Source of the DNA: Fistulifera solaris
Lineage: Eukaryota
DNA length: 64,000 bases
Assembly (NCBI GenBank): GCA_030295235.1
Contig: AP026123.1
Coordinates: 682,001-746,000 of the forward strand
Direction: 5' to 3'
Positions 1-12,182 of the stretch are shown piece by piece. Both the position numbers and the translations under genes were made by a program. Position 1 is the stretch's first letter. The number at the start of each line of letters is the position of its first letter. The notes under the pieces were generated by a model. That model saw nothing but the letters and a program-made list of their open reading frames with translations, was not told the DNA's origin and ran no database searches.

Positions 1-224
1 TCTTGCTTCGTTCGTCGTTGTCGTCCCCGCATCGCACTTCGCACGCGCATCACTGCGTTTTGCAAGCAGCATTATTTTGCAGATCGGAACTCACCGTTGC
101 TATCTTGCGTTGCAATTGCGAATCATCCTCCGCATCAGCTCCCCTTTGATTATTTACAAGCATCATACACGCAATAACCGACTTTACGCGCCCGTCTACG
201 AATTTCGGATTTAAAAAGCAAAAA

Positions 225-854
225 ATGATATTCAAACTCGTAACATGCTTCATGCTGTTCTGCACTATTGCAGCGGAAGTCATTGTTCTAACCGACAAGA
301 CTTTTGAACATCAAACACAAGCTTCCACTGGACAGACAACCGGAAAATGGCTCGTTATGTTTTCAGCCCCCTGGTGTGGACGAACGTGTGCGGAAATGAT
401 CCCGACGTTGGAACAGCTAGAAAAGAGTGTGGGAGATGGTTCGGTCCTCGTTGCTACCGTTAACACCTTGGAGAACCTGGAGTCAGCGGATCGCTTCGGC
501 ATTTTGTCCCAACCGACGCTTGTCTTCTTTGCGGATCGTAAGATGTACAAATACCGTGGATTGAAGACGCTGGAGGCCATACAACAGTTCGTCGAGGGTG
601 GTTACAAAGATGCTGTCGCAATGCAGGTACCAGCACCCCTTAGTTTCTTTGACATTACGAGACGAAAGATTGAACGCCTGTTTGATGACCATAAAGAATT
701 GCGCTTTCTTCGTGAAGATTTTCAGCACATTGTGGCCGTGCGTAAGAACGCGGCTGTTATACTCATGATTCTAGGAGCCATACTCGGCATGTTCATGACA
801 TGCACCTTGTCGTGCCTCTTTTCGTCCAAGAAAGGAAAAGTGAAGCAAAACTAG
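225..854 (+). CDS. Thioredoxin-domain transmembrane protein (TMX/PDI-like)
   Basis: Signal peptide, then VLTDKTFE...WLVMFSAPWCGRTC...FGILSQPTL thioredoxin fold, a C-terminal TM helix and a lysine-rich tail. Confidence 0.85.
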   Translation: MIFKLVTCFMLFCTIAAEVIVLTDKTFEHQTQASTGQTTGKWLVMFSAPWCGRTCAEMIPTLEQLEKSVGDGSVLVATVNTLENLESADRFGILSQPTLVFFADRKMYKYRGLKTLEAIQQFVEGGYKDAVAMQVPAPLSFFDITRRKIERLFDDHKELRFLREDFQHIVAVRKNAAVILMILGAILGMFMTCTLSCLFSSKKGKVKQN

Positions 855-967
855 ATCATGACGAAGTATTATGATTTCAAACATGGCCTTTAATTCACCT
901 AAACCTTTATTTATGTGTCATTCGAATTCATCTTTTTGCACATTTAATTCGCATTAGAAATAATCTG

Positions 968-1707
968 TCATGAAGAAGCAGCTTTCGCTCGCTGGTCTCT
1001 TTCCTTCATCTTTCCTTCAAATGTAAGCTTTTGCGTTCGAGAAGCAGCACGTCGAATGTCATCGACCGAGGGCAAATCTCCCATATCGTCTTTCAAACCG
1101 GCAACCGTGCGATACTTCGACAATGCCTCGGACATGCCTTCGAGAGCTTCAGTAGCCAATGCCGTGTCTTTCTTGGAAATAGCTTTGAGTAGACGCTTCT
1201 GATTGGACTCAAATTGATCAGCACACGCATACATATCTTTGGTGTACGACACCTTGACATTCGTGCCACCACCGGTCAGCGACGACGTATATAATTTGAG
1301 AGGCAAGATCGTATCATCCGCCACGGTTTTCGCGAAGCTATCTACGGCTTCCCAATCCTGTGATCCCAAGAGATCAGCGACATTGGGGATCATGTTGCTG
1401 CATTTTTGAATGCGAGGCAAGTAGCGTTTCTTGTTGGTGGGGTAGTAGTAATTGGAACGCAAATTGGGTTCGATGACGGACTCGGATTTTTTCTGCGGAA
1501 CGACGGGAGTAACAGGCTTTTTGATTCTTCCTGAACAATCTTGGTCGGATCCGTTCCGAACTCATCCAACAAACCAGCATTGGCCAGCGTAGGCACACAT
1601 GCCGATACTCCAGCCACTTGGCCAAGGAACGACCGACGATTGACCGAATACGCCGTGATGCCAGGCACTGTGACGGCGCCAATGAGAGCAACTGCGCTTA
1701 TCTTCAT
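968..1707 (-). CDS. Plastid thylakoid-lumen protein (PsbQ-like helical bundle), one homopolymer frameshift near 1520
   Basis: Signal peptide, twin-arginine RRSFL and ANA cleavage site. Adding one A in the run near 1520 joins ORF 1390..1707 to ORF 968..1462 (EESKKPVTPVVPQKKSESVIEPNLRSNYYY). Confidence 0.65.
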
Positions 1708-3204
1708 TTCTACCTATGTATGAGAAAATAATGGAAGTCTGAAGACAATTCTTTTGTGATGAAGTGAGCGGCCGAGAGTTGAAATGGAAATTTTTCGATG
1801 TTGATGAGAACGCTAACTTTTACGCGAACGAGTGATCGATGACGTAAGACCACGAAGCGATTACTGTACAGCCTACCGACGACGACACACCTTCCGTGAC
1901 TGATAGAAAATTATAGTTGGGGCGCGAATCACTTAGCATCTTTTGCGTAGAAAGTACAGTATAATTCACTTTAACCTAGCACAGATCAAGCAACCAATCG
2001 CATCCCTTTCAAAATCAGCCAACGGTCGAGCGCCTCAGTTTTGTGTGCTTTAGTGGAAATAAAACACACAATATTTAAAGTACAAAAGGAATCGACAGTA
2101 CCGGTACCGATAGAACAACTTTACAGCTAGACTTTGTGTCAGCTATTTCAAAAGTGATCTTTCGTCGCCGATCGTCTTTACGTCCTCGTGAAATGAATGT
2201 AGAAGTTGAGCGATGTATCGATCACATCTATAAGGACTGTAACTATTCCAGTGTCGGGTACGTGGTACGTGACCAAGGGGCTACACGCACCCCCACAAAA
2301 TACCGCAGTGGACGGTGCCCGAACCCCGAACTAGATAACCAAAGATGCAACACGCTAGAGCAGACAAGGAAGGTCATGCTAGACAGTGGTTTGTATTGCT
2401 GATGAGGGCTGTAAATGCATAGAACTTCGCAAGTCGGATATGGCAAGGTTTGTGCTTGATCAGAGGCTGACTCAGGTCGTCTGAGTTACGGCGTTAGTAG
2501 GCGGTGTCCCCTCGAACACGAAAATATCATTGTGATCGTTACCTCATTAGGATTACACTTCCGTTCATTCATATGGAAAAACGGGCCACGTATGCATCAC
2601 GTACAAGTCCGTATAGGAACCTCTTTGTAGTTACAATTTGTCAGAGAAGTTTCGCGATGTTGTTTCAGCGATTCGACGATTGTGGCTAGGGGTGGCGGTT
2701 GAATGTTCTTTGAGAATTAAATAACGACCCAATAGCAAAATATTGGATCTTGTTGGACGTTTGAGGGTCGCACAAGTCATCCCAACACTTCGAATTGAAC
2801 CTGCTTGATAGCAGATAACAATTGCTTCACCATTCGCAAAGCGGACTTGCAATCCGCTTCGCCCATGTTCGATCCAATCCTCTTGGTTCTCGGTGTGAAA
2901 TCATTGTTGTTCGTTGATCCGACCCGACTGTTGAAAGCTCGCGTTGCCAATCCCAAGATCAGTCATTTTTTTATTGTCAAAACGGCTACTTGATTAACGT
3001 GTTGCGTTATCTGGTGCAAACGCCATGCACCAATTCTCGACGATTGATAGTAGCGGGAGATGATCGTCCGTGATCAACTTAGTATTCGATAACGTCCACC
3101 TCTAAGCGATATATTCGGTAAAGTCAATTCTGAAAAGTCCAGAAGGTCGATAGTTGCTGATTGATTGATGCCGCAAGTCAACTATATTTCGTGCGATCTT
3201 CGTC

Positions 3205-3676
3205 GTCACTTTAACATGCCCCGACCGACTCGAGTTGACGGCAAGAGTGTCAATTGTGAAGCATTAAACAGTCAATTTAGCGCCTTTCGCGTCATTCTCG
3301 TCGTCCTACCACTCTAATGAGGAAGAGTGACGATATTCATCGAAGAAACGCCATGAAATGAAAGGTTTTCCGATTTAAAATTGACCTTTGCGGTCGGATG
3401 AAGTATGGGCAAAAGAATGGCCAAAAATCATGGGCAATCCCCTTGCATTTTGGAGCAAAATTTCACGGTTTGGCACAATAATATCATAAAGTAGGCTATA
3501 ATACGCTCTAGGTCCAAAAGTAGTCTCGCGCTCGGAGCGGTACTTCTTGGATAATACGTGTCGGAGCGCGTATCAAAATTGATCCTCAGGACGCACGGAC
3601 AGACTGGACCCTCTTTCAAACTCGTGACCAAGCTGAAAGACCGTGACTCGTAATTTCGTACTATTCTGTCTATAGT
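3205..3676 (-). mobile_element. Dispersed ~470-bp non-coding repeat, copy 1 (probable non-autonomous transposon remnant)
   Basis: Reverse complement aligns visibly with 37973-38445 (ACTATAGAC...GAGTCACGG...GAAAGAGGGTCCAGTCTGTCCGTGCGTCCTGAGG...GTACCGCTCCGAGCGCGAGA). Confidence 0.75.
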
Positions 3677-3845
3677 ATATGACTGGTGGTGCGCGTGTGC
3701 GCGTGACGATTGACGACGAACGGCTTTTTTGTAAGTTAGCCGCGCAATAAACAAGAAACATAAGCAACGGCTTCATTCCTTCGCCTTTGTCGGATCGTTC
3801 CCAAGCAAATCCGTTTATCTTGACGTTAATAACGCAATTATTACA

Positions 3846-4948
3846 ATGAGCACTCTCAAGACAGCCAATCTTCTCCGCATGGCGAGTCGCCGCGTCAGCA
3901 GCAGTGGACGTCGCGGACTTTTTTACTAGTACGGCCGCCTTTCGACAGGGCACCAGCAATAACTCCAGCAAATCGCTTTTGACGGCGGCCGGTTTGGCTG
4001 TAGCGGCGACGACAATTGTGGAGTTGCAGCGTCAGGAGGTATGTGCAACTTTGCATTGATTAATGGAAATGTTGGTGTTCTCGCGTCCTTGTTGCCTGTT
4101 GATGATTTTGTGTCATTCCTTCTCACACACTTTTTACATCACTATCCTTCTGGACGACGATTTAGACACAGATCACGTGGAACTCGTTCTTCGGGTCTAC
4201 CGAAAAAGCGGTCAAGGATGTTGAAGACAAGTTTGGAAAGTACTGGCCGCGCAACATTTTGATTTTGTTCGGACCTCCTGGTGCTGGAAAAGGCACACAT
4301 GGTCCTGCCATCCAAGACATGTTGGGCTTGCCGCAGCTATCGACTGGCGATATGTTGCGTGCGGCGGTGGCGGCTAAAACCGAAGTTGGTAAGCAAGCGG
4401 ACGCTATCATGAAAGCGGGTGGTCTTGTTTCGGACGATATTGTCGTTGCGATCATAAAAGAACGCATCAAGGATGAGGACTGCAAATTTGGTTTCATTCT
4501 CGATGGATTTCCACGCACTCTGCAGCAGGCCAAAGCTTTGGATAAAATGTTGGCTGAGGAAGGAACTTGCGTCAGTAAAGTCATTGAGTTGCAGGTTCCC
4601 GATTCGGTTCTCGAGGAGCGCATTTGCGGACGTTGGATTCACAAGGAATCGGGACGATCCTTTCATGTGAAATACGCGCCTCCCAAGTCGATGAAGCTCG
4701 ATAAAAACGGAAAACCCATTCCCGAAACGATGAAGGACGATGAAACTGGCGATTTGTTGATGCAGCGTAAGGATGACACTGCCGAGGCACTTGTTGCCCG
4801 TCTCAAAAGCTACCACAAGGAAACGGTCCCTATCTTGACTCATTACAAGCCGCACGGAGTGGTACGAACGGTCAACGCCAATCAAGAGATGGAAGGAGTC
4901 TGGAAAGAAATCAACGAGGCACTACAGCGGGGCGGAAATAATCAGTAA
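3846..4948 (+). CDS. ADK: Adenylate kinase, probably mitochondrial; intron 4039..4165
   Basis: Arg/Ser-rich presequence MSTLKTANLLRMASRR, P-loop GPPGAGKGT, LSTGDMLR, GFILDGFPRT and QRKDD motifs. Confidence 0.93.
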
Positions 4949-5029
4949 TTTTAGAGTAATCATGAGGAACCCGCACTTTAGATCGGATAATGAAGCATAG
5001 CTAGAGTCCTACAATCACTTCAGTACTTA

Positions 5030-6629
5030 TCACCTTGATCTTCTATTACGAAAGCGTCGCAGGGGTCTTTGTATTCGAAGACGAAACCAAACCCAGAGTC
5101 GTCTTCTTGATGGGAATTTGATTGCACCCGTTTCAAGTCCTTGTTGAACGAGCCCTGCCAAGAAACCAAGCGCCGCTCCTGCTAAAATTAACGTCAACTC
5201 ATCTTCTTCAAAAATTGGATGCAATACGCGTTCGAATTGGCGACTGGTCATTCTTTCCATTCGGACACGTAAGGTGTCTTGCAAACCTAGTTGATTGTCC
5301 ATGTACGAGTACGTGACCGGAACATGCTGCGGAAGCTTTTCAATTGCTGCGTTTGACCATGAGGATATAGTCTCTGACTTTAGTCCTAGCATCGCACCAA
5401 ACGTAAGCTTGCCTAAAAATCGCTCGACATGATCACGAAAGAGAGCAGCAAATGCGGGTTTGGTTTCCGGATCCGTGAGAACACTCTTCCAGAGCTGCTC
5501 AGCGTTGAGCACGTTGTTAGCAAAATAGCTTGAAAACTCCTGGGCCACTTCTTTTTGACGACGTAGAAACATTCCCTGTATTGTCCCAAAAGGACCAAGT
5601 GACACCGGATCCACTGGCTGAAAAATCCATTTCAAGGCAAGCCAGTTTGTTGCCAAACCAACGATTCCGCCACCGATGGATAAGCTCCATGGATTCTCCC
5701 AAAACAAAGCGACCACCATTTGGATAATTCCCAACAAGAAACCGAACCACAAGCCACTGTTTGTAAGAAAATCCAGTTCTTTTGTCCACATTTGCGAAAC
5801 AAGATGCCCAGTTTACTTCTGTCTTGAAGCATTTGATTCACGACACAATTTTGCAAGTTGAAGACGGTGTCTATGTTCGCTTGTATTGAAATTGTCAGTT
5901 GTTTGAGAAATTCTATGTTTAGATGTCGAACGGCACCCTGCGAAATACCCCCAGGCCGGACATTAGCACTGCCGGACCACCCGTCAACCATCCTGGAGCA
6001 ACATCTTTTAGAACAGATCGGGTCAATGCAGGGACTTCCGGTGCCAGTAAGTTAGCCACCTGACCAGGATCTAACCGAGCGAATGCCTCCTTTACGCTAA
6101 GAAGCTGTGATGTAACCCTGAAGAAAGGATTGAAAGACATGAGTGCAGAACAACAACGCGAAATTCTGTCTCGTGCGTCGACTTACATGTGCACCATTGC
6201 TTCAGTCATCGGTCTCGTTTTGCAAGGTATGATTCCTTGCCATCCAAGCAAGCCCAATGGTACTTCCTGTCGTCGATACAGAGGTATTCCGCGAAATTCA
6301 ATAGGATAAAATATCATTTGCACAGCTAGCCAGTTGGTGAACCACCCGACAAAGGCAGCAATGAGGGGAATCATAAGATGAGTTCCGGGTCGGTCTCTAA
6401 ATTTTTGAATGGCGCGCGCAATAGGACCATCATGAGCACTGCTGTATATTCTGGAATGATATTTTTGACTGGGAAACTTTATAACGCGGGCATACGTTTT
6501 CGGTAGCCTTGTGCTCGTAGGATTCTTTCCTATGAAAGCATGACAACTTGGGTATCTTAGGCATAGAATCAGCAAGATACATAGATACTTCCGAAACTTT
6601 CGACCATTTTCCGTCGTTACGTTCCCCAT
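5030..6629 (-). CDS. DUF445/YheB-like membrane protein, probably plastid-targeted; intron near 6118-6187 and frameshift(s)
   Basis: VGWFTNWLAVQMIFYP, GWQGIIP, GLATNWLALKWIFQP and FERVLHPIFEEDELTLILAGAALG motifs; N-terminal CHAF leader. Confidence 0.8.
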
Positions 6630-7299
6630 TTTAATTGTTTATCGTCTGCAATAAGAAAACGACGAAGTAGATTCGAGTCGACGAAGAATGCCGACAACAC
6701 AACATCCATCACAGCATTACGTGACACCGCTCCGTTCAACGTTCATCGAGTAAAAAATTCAAAGAAAACATCAGTCGCAATTTGTCACACTGTTACCCAA
6801 AGCACTCTTTCCGGTCACGGATATCAGTCACGTTTCTAGGATACGTTCATTGCACATGCCGAAAAAGTTCAACTTCTCGGAATGCGTTCCGACACGAGTT
6901 TTGGCCCGCACTCGCGTGTACGTGGTCTATGACTCGGGACTCAAGTGAGTCCAGAACCGGAATGAACTGAAATCGTATAGTAAAACTGTACACGAGACTT
7001 CGCCCGACTGACGAGACTGGACCTTCAGATTTTTTAATTCAACTTGCATCACAACAACATTCATCTTTCGGATCATCCGTTTTACAAAAGAGAAATTAGT
7101 CCATGAACAAGTGCCTGGCTTCATCATTTCAAGCGTTATAACTGAACTCGAAGGTACAACTAATTCGGAGTCTTGCCAGCTTGCCGATAACCAAAGGTTG
7201 GCCGAAGAATTTCGACACCTCGTGCTCACATAACAGAAATCCGAGGTCGTTTTCAAGTGATTGTTTTTCGAATTAACAGCTACCAAAGAACATATTCGA

Positions 7300-8844
7300 A
7301 TGCAGATGACTGGATCACAGTTGCTCACTGAGTCAAGTGACTTCCGAGAAATGAACGGTCTGCAAAAGACAACTGGTGCTTTTATTGAGGTATCAGAGGA
7401 AGCCGTCAGAAGGTTGAATTCCTCCACAAGCGTTACTTCCAGTCCATCAGCCAGTTGCTCGGGCTTTCCGAACGACCAGCCAAGCGAGTCTACGTCAACA
7501 ACAACAGCAGCGACCAGCACAGATTCGGTTACTAACTCCACGGTCACCGTTGCGAAGACGACCAAGAAACAACTGCAAAAGCAAGAACGAGATGCGGCTC
7601 TGACGTATGTGTTGCAGCAGCAACTGGAGAGACAAATTGCTTACTACTTTTCGCCTTCTAATATGAAAACAGATACGTACCTTCGAACTCTGCAGGAACT
7701 GAACGACGGCTGTGTCCCTGTGAGAGCCCTGGCTAATTTCGGTAAAGTAAAAAGAATTTTATGGGCGACGCCGACGTTGACGAGGCAGTATCTAGAGGAA
7801 GAAGCGCGTATGGACATGATTGTGCGGTCGATTCAGCAAAGTGAGACCTCCATCTTGCAAGTTGAAGAAATTGACACTCTGACTGGAAAGATCCTAAAAG
7901 AGAGCGATGATCGACACGCCAGAAACACGATCGAAGGGATACGCGTCAAGCCTGGCATTGACTTGAGTATGGGCTCCTCTGGAGAGACTAACGTTTCAAA
8001 CAGTTTATCCGAGACAGTTGCTAAAACAATACTTCTTCGTGATGTACACCCTGATGTTAGCGAAGAGCAGGTTCGCCATTTATTGCTAAATGAAGTGGTG
8101 AATTGTCCTCCCGTAGTGAGCGTGCATCGAGACGTAGCAAACTGCTGGTGAGTTCGGTATGGTTGTGCAGTACATACGACGCCGATGGTGTGTTTCTAAT
8201 GTGTGTTGTTTTCTTACAGGTTTATTGAGCTTGATTGTGACTCCAAGGAAACCATGCTGGCTGTCGTCATGCAACTGCGAAGTCTTACATTGGCGGGTGA
8301 GTACATTCACGCCAGACTAAAATCCTCTACTCTTCACCAAGCTCCTCCCTTGGATCCTGTGGCAGTGGTGATTGCTGAGCAGGTCGCACGTAGGAGAAGG
8401 AAGAAGCGAGGACCTCGGCGGAATAAGAAAAAGTTGCTAGAACTCGACAATCCGGATATAATTGGGAAGATGTCAAAGACAGCAGCCCCGTTGGGCGATA
8501 ACAAGCGTAGCAGAGAAGTCAACGACCCACCTCGGCTGCTTGAAGAAAGTGACTTTCCAGGACTATCTGAAGAAGCTGCGAATGCAATATCTTCGAGCGA
8601 TAGTATTCGCCCATCCTCTCAACCAAATAACTTTACTGATCGTCACAACGAAGTACCTGGGAGATATGCTGCAGCTCTGCTAAAACCAAAATCTTCTTTG
8701 ACGGAAGGTGGAGCAGTGAAAGACATCGTTCCAGTCGGGGGCGATTGCAAAACAAAGTCCGCAGAAGACCGTGGAAGTGCATGTATTCAGCCACAACGGA
8801 AGTCGTTCGCTGAGGCTGCCCGTGCTGTCTCTCTGAAGCCCTAA
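7300..8844 (+). CDS. La-related RNA-binding protein (La motif + RRM); intron 8148..8219
   Basis: QLERQIAYYFSPSNMKTDTYLR La motif; RRM TILLRDV...NCW|FIEL spliced across a GT-AG intron. Confidence 0.82.
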
Positions 8845-9047
8845 TCTCGTTTGCTCTTATCTTTGACTCTTTGCCCATTGTTTATCGCATTGAATGAGCA
8901 CGCGAGGAGTCCTCGTTTACCATATGGTCCGCCATATGTTGCTACTGACACATTAATATACTACAAGCCATTACTTAAGTTGAGCTGCGTTGTGTTTATA
9001 AAATTTTTTTGTCTTAGTATGCTCTATAGTTAAACAATTGCTGTGGA

Positions 9048-11447
9048 TTAGGTCTTTGATCGAAGTTTCGCTTGTCGGCGGAGCTCTGCCATTTCAAAAA
9101 GAGACGGTATCTTTGGTACGCAACCACAAGCACACCTATTGTCGTGTGTCACATTCTCTGTTGGTAGTACCGGGGCTCCATTATTGTGAGGTTGAGTGGG
9201 TTGGACTACACCAGGCGAAGTCGTTGGCTCCTCACTGGTCAGCGCAGTAGGCTGGCAGAACTCCAATAGTGGGGCACGCGAGGCTTGCGCATCTCCGTTT
9301 TGAGAAGCGACCAACGAGATTCGGTCATCTGCAATTGAATGAATTGGCTGGCAAAATTCAAGAGTTGTTATGTCGAAAAGTGAGTTCTCGTCTTTGCCTC
9401 GTTGCTGAGTAGCATTGGAGATTTTTGGTATCAGTGCTTCGGAGTGCTCAACTGATGCCGAAAAACAATTATTCAAAACGAAGCGAGACCCAACTGCTAG
9501 ATGGTCACTCGGCCATAAACTACTCGGGAGCAAGTGACCCCGGGCGATACTGCTTGAATTAAGATCGTTTAAACTTTGCGGAACGTAAAGCCGATGGGTC
9601 AGTTCCATCTTCTTTGCATCGAAAAATATGTAATCCAGCGTATCCACGAAATCGTCTGTTACGTTTGTAAAGGTAAAAAGTTCACCAATAGAATTGGTAT
9701 TACTGTCCCTTTTGCATATGCGCTTTCCAGTCTGAATGGGCATTCTGTCTTTTCGCACTTTAGCCATTCAATGGCCATCAACCGAGACTCGAGATTGGTT
9801 TCAGTAACATAGCCGCCATCCGAGTCCACTTGTTCTGCTGAGACATTATCGAAGATGCCAAGACTACCTGTATACGGAACACCCGCGCGTAAGCAAATTT
9901 CCAGCAATCGCGTTGCTGTTGTCTTCACGCGCGATGCGGAACTCGTCGGAATATCACACCACCAATATGGCTGCTTGCAACCGTCACATTGATAAACTTC
10001 CAAGCTGTTGCCCTCGGCATCATTAATCAACGTTTCTGGTGCTTCATAAGCAATTAGAATGTTTTTAGCCTGCGAGGCATCATCCACAGAAACAATGAGC
10101 CCGTTGCAAACGGTGCATCGGCTGAGAAATTTTGAAGGCTCCAATACGACGCCGTGAGTGACCAGCATTTGCGCTAGCGCCCCCTCTAGATTTCGTAAAC
10201 CGGTTGGGCTTATGCAATAAGCACTACTCGGGCAATCTTTGCGTTGTAAAAGACGATTTGACGTGGTAACCAGTGTTCGACGCTCTTTCCTACATCTTTC
10301 TAGAACAATCATTCTTCGTTCGTCTTTGTCCATTGTCGTGCGAAGTCGTTCCTCTTCTTCCGTTTCTAGCTCGGCATCAATGCCCAGAATTCGTAGCCAA
10401 CGACATAGCTTGTTAAGTGTAAAATCCAGCAGGTACCGGGGTGCACAAGGAATACTTTGCGTTGGGGTTGAATGTAAAACAAGCTGACCCATATCATCCA
10501 CAATTTGTACAAGTTCGTCCTCTTCTAGACCAGGCTCATTGTACCATGGGGCCACATGCTTCATGTTGATGACACCCCGCGTCAAATACGAATGAGTCGC
10601 CCCACCTGGCTGTGAATTCAGGTCCCCCGCAAAAAGAAAGGGCTCGTCATTTTTGCAGAATTTTCGGGCGCGCGTCAAAATATAATGCGCTTGACATATT
10701 TTGACATACTCAACCGCTGGATGCCAAAACAAATGACTGTCTCGAGTTTCGTGAGGTGGTTGAAATGGGGTAATTCACTGTAAGAAAAATGGGGAGCACT
10801 TACGCATTGGCCACAACTACGGTTTGTTTGGTCCTTCGATGTTGAATGCGAACGAGGAGGGCAACGTTGCGACGGAGAAAGGACTGCTGAATACCTTGAA
10901 TGCTACCATTATTGTTGCTGCTAATTTGATCAGGTACATTGCAATTTTTCGACGAGAGAAAAGCCAGATCATCTAAGCGGACGAGTTCGTCGTCCAAAAT
11001 CATCCAATCGGCATTTTGTACATAGATGACACAGGAATCAACTCTCCCCCCTGTACTGCCTCCACCCTTTTGACTGCGCGGTGTTTCGACACCTACATAT
11101 CCTTTTTCTCGTAGAGTATCGCCAACATCGTCCATGTCGACTTCTTGTAAACAAATAACATCAGCATTTAACTTTCGCAAACACCGACAAATGAGTGCTT
11201 TGCGCCGATGCGGAGAAAAGACAGTCGATTGATACGCGGCTGGTAGATTGCTCTGTGATCTTCGGCTGCAGTAGCTATTCGCTAAAATATTCCATGAGAT
11301 GATAGATATCTCCGTCGAATGATGTAAATATTCTTTTGCTTTCACCGGATAAAAATCGATCCGATCAACCCACGTTTCTTCTTTCGGTTGCGTCTTTTCC
11401 TTCTTGGCGCGCTTTGTTGCATTCCGGGCCTTTCGTGGCTTTGTCAT
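9048..11447 (-). CDS. CCR4/Angel-type EEP phosphoesterase with inserted Mut7-C (PIN-like, Zn-ribbon) domain; intron ~10737-10804, frameshift ~9710
   Basis: EEP motifs SWNILA, LQEVD, AHLFWHP, GDLNS, LDYIF and PSDH flank the Mut7-C motifs YLLDFTLNKLCRWLRILGID, SRCTVCNG and CDGCKQPYW. Confidence 0.85.
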
Positions 11448-11653
11448 GTTGTTCGCGCCAATGTATAGGATTTTTTTAATTTTCAATAACAGCTGGCACG
11501 CAATCTATTGAATAGCAATGGCATATTAGTTGTCAAAGAAATACCGGTAATGGCGCGCTGTCATACACCGCTTCAAAGTGTCTACGTGAAATTCAGGTAG
11601 GCCCCGTAGGAATATTTATCGACAGAGGCATACCCGGATTTATGGACTGTAAG

Positions 11654-12126
11654 CAGAATTTCTGTTTGATTCAACACACCGAAATTCCAGAATTTCTGGA
11701 ACGTCCACAAATTTGCTGGAAGACCACCAACACCGATTCCAAAAATTTTGGAAGCTAAGCAGAATATCCGTATGATCCAATGCACCGATACCAGGTTGTT
11801 TGGATTGCTCACAAGATTTCTGTTTGATGCGAAACGCCGATTCCAGAATTTCTGGAATGTAGACAGAATTTCTGTTTGATTCAACACACCGAAATTCCAG
11901 AATTTCTGGAACGTCCACAAATTTGCTGGAAGACCACCAACACCGATTCCAGAAATTTTGGAAGCTAAGCAGAATATCCGTATGATCCAATGCACCGATA
12001 CCAGGTTGTTTGGATTGCTCACAAGATTTCTGTTTGATGCGAAACGCCGATTCCAGAATTTCTGGAATGTAGACAGAATTTCTGTTTGATTCAAATTCCA
12101 GAATTTCTGGAACGTCCACAAATTTG
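11654..12126. repeat. Tandem repeat, ~2.3 x 210-bp unit made of four diverged ~52-bp palindromic monomers
   Basis: Unit starts at 11654, 11864 and 12074; core TTCCAGAATTTCTGGAA. Confidence 0.9.
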
Positions 12127-12182
12127 ATTATGAAGACCAACCAGACATGAAACCGACAGCAGATTGCTTTGTATTATAATTA

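Noticed and set aside
1900..3200. Possible LTR or transposase remnant in a gene-free stretch
   Set aside because: No recognisable domain, terminal repeat or second copy in the window.
11582..12140. Repetitive ORFs over the 210-bp array (likewise 30630-31980 and 61478-62911)
   Set aside because: They are by-products of tandem DNA repeats, open in several frames, with no protein-like features.
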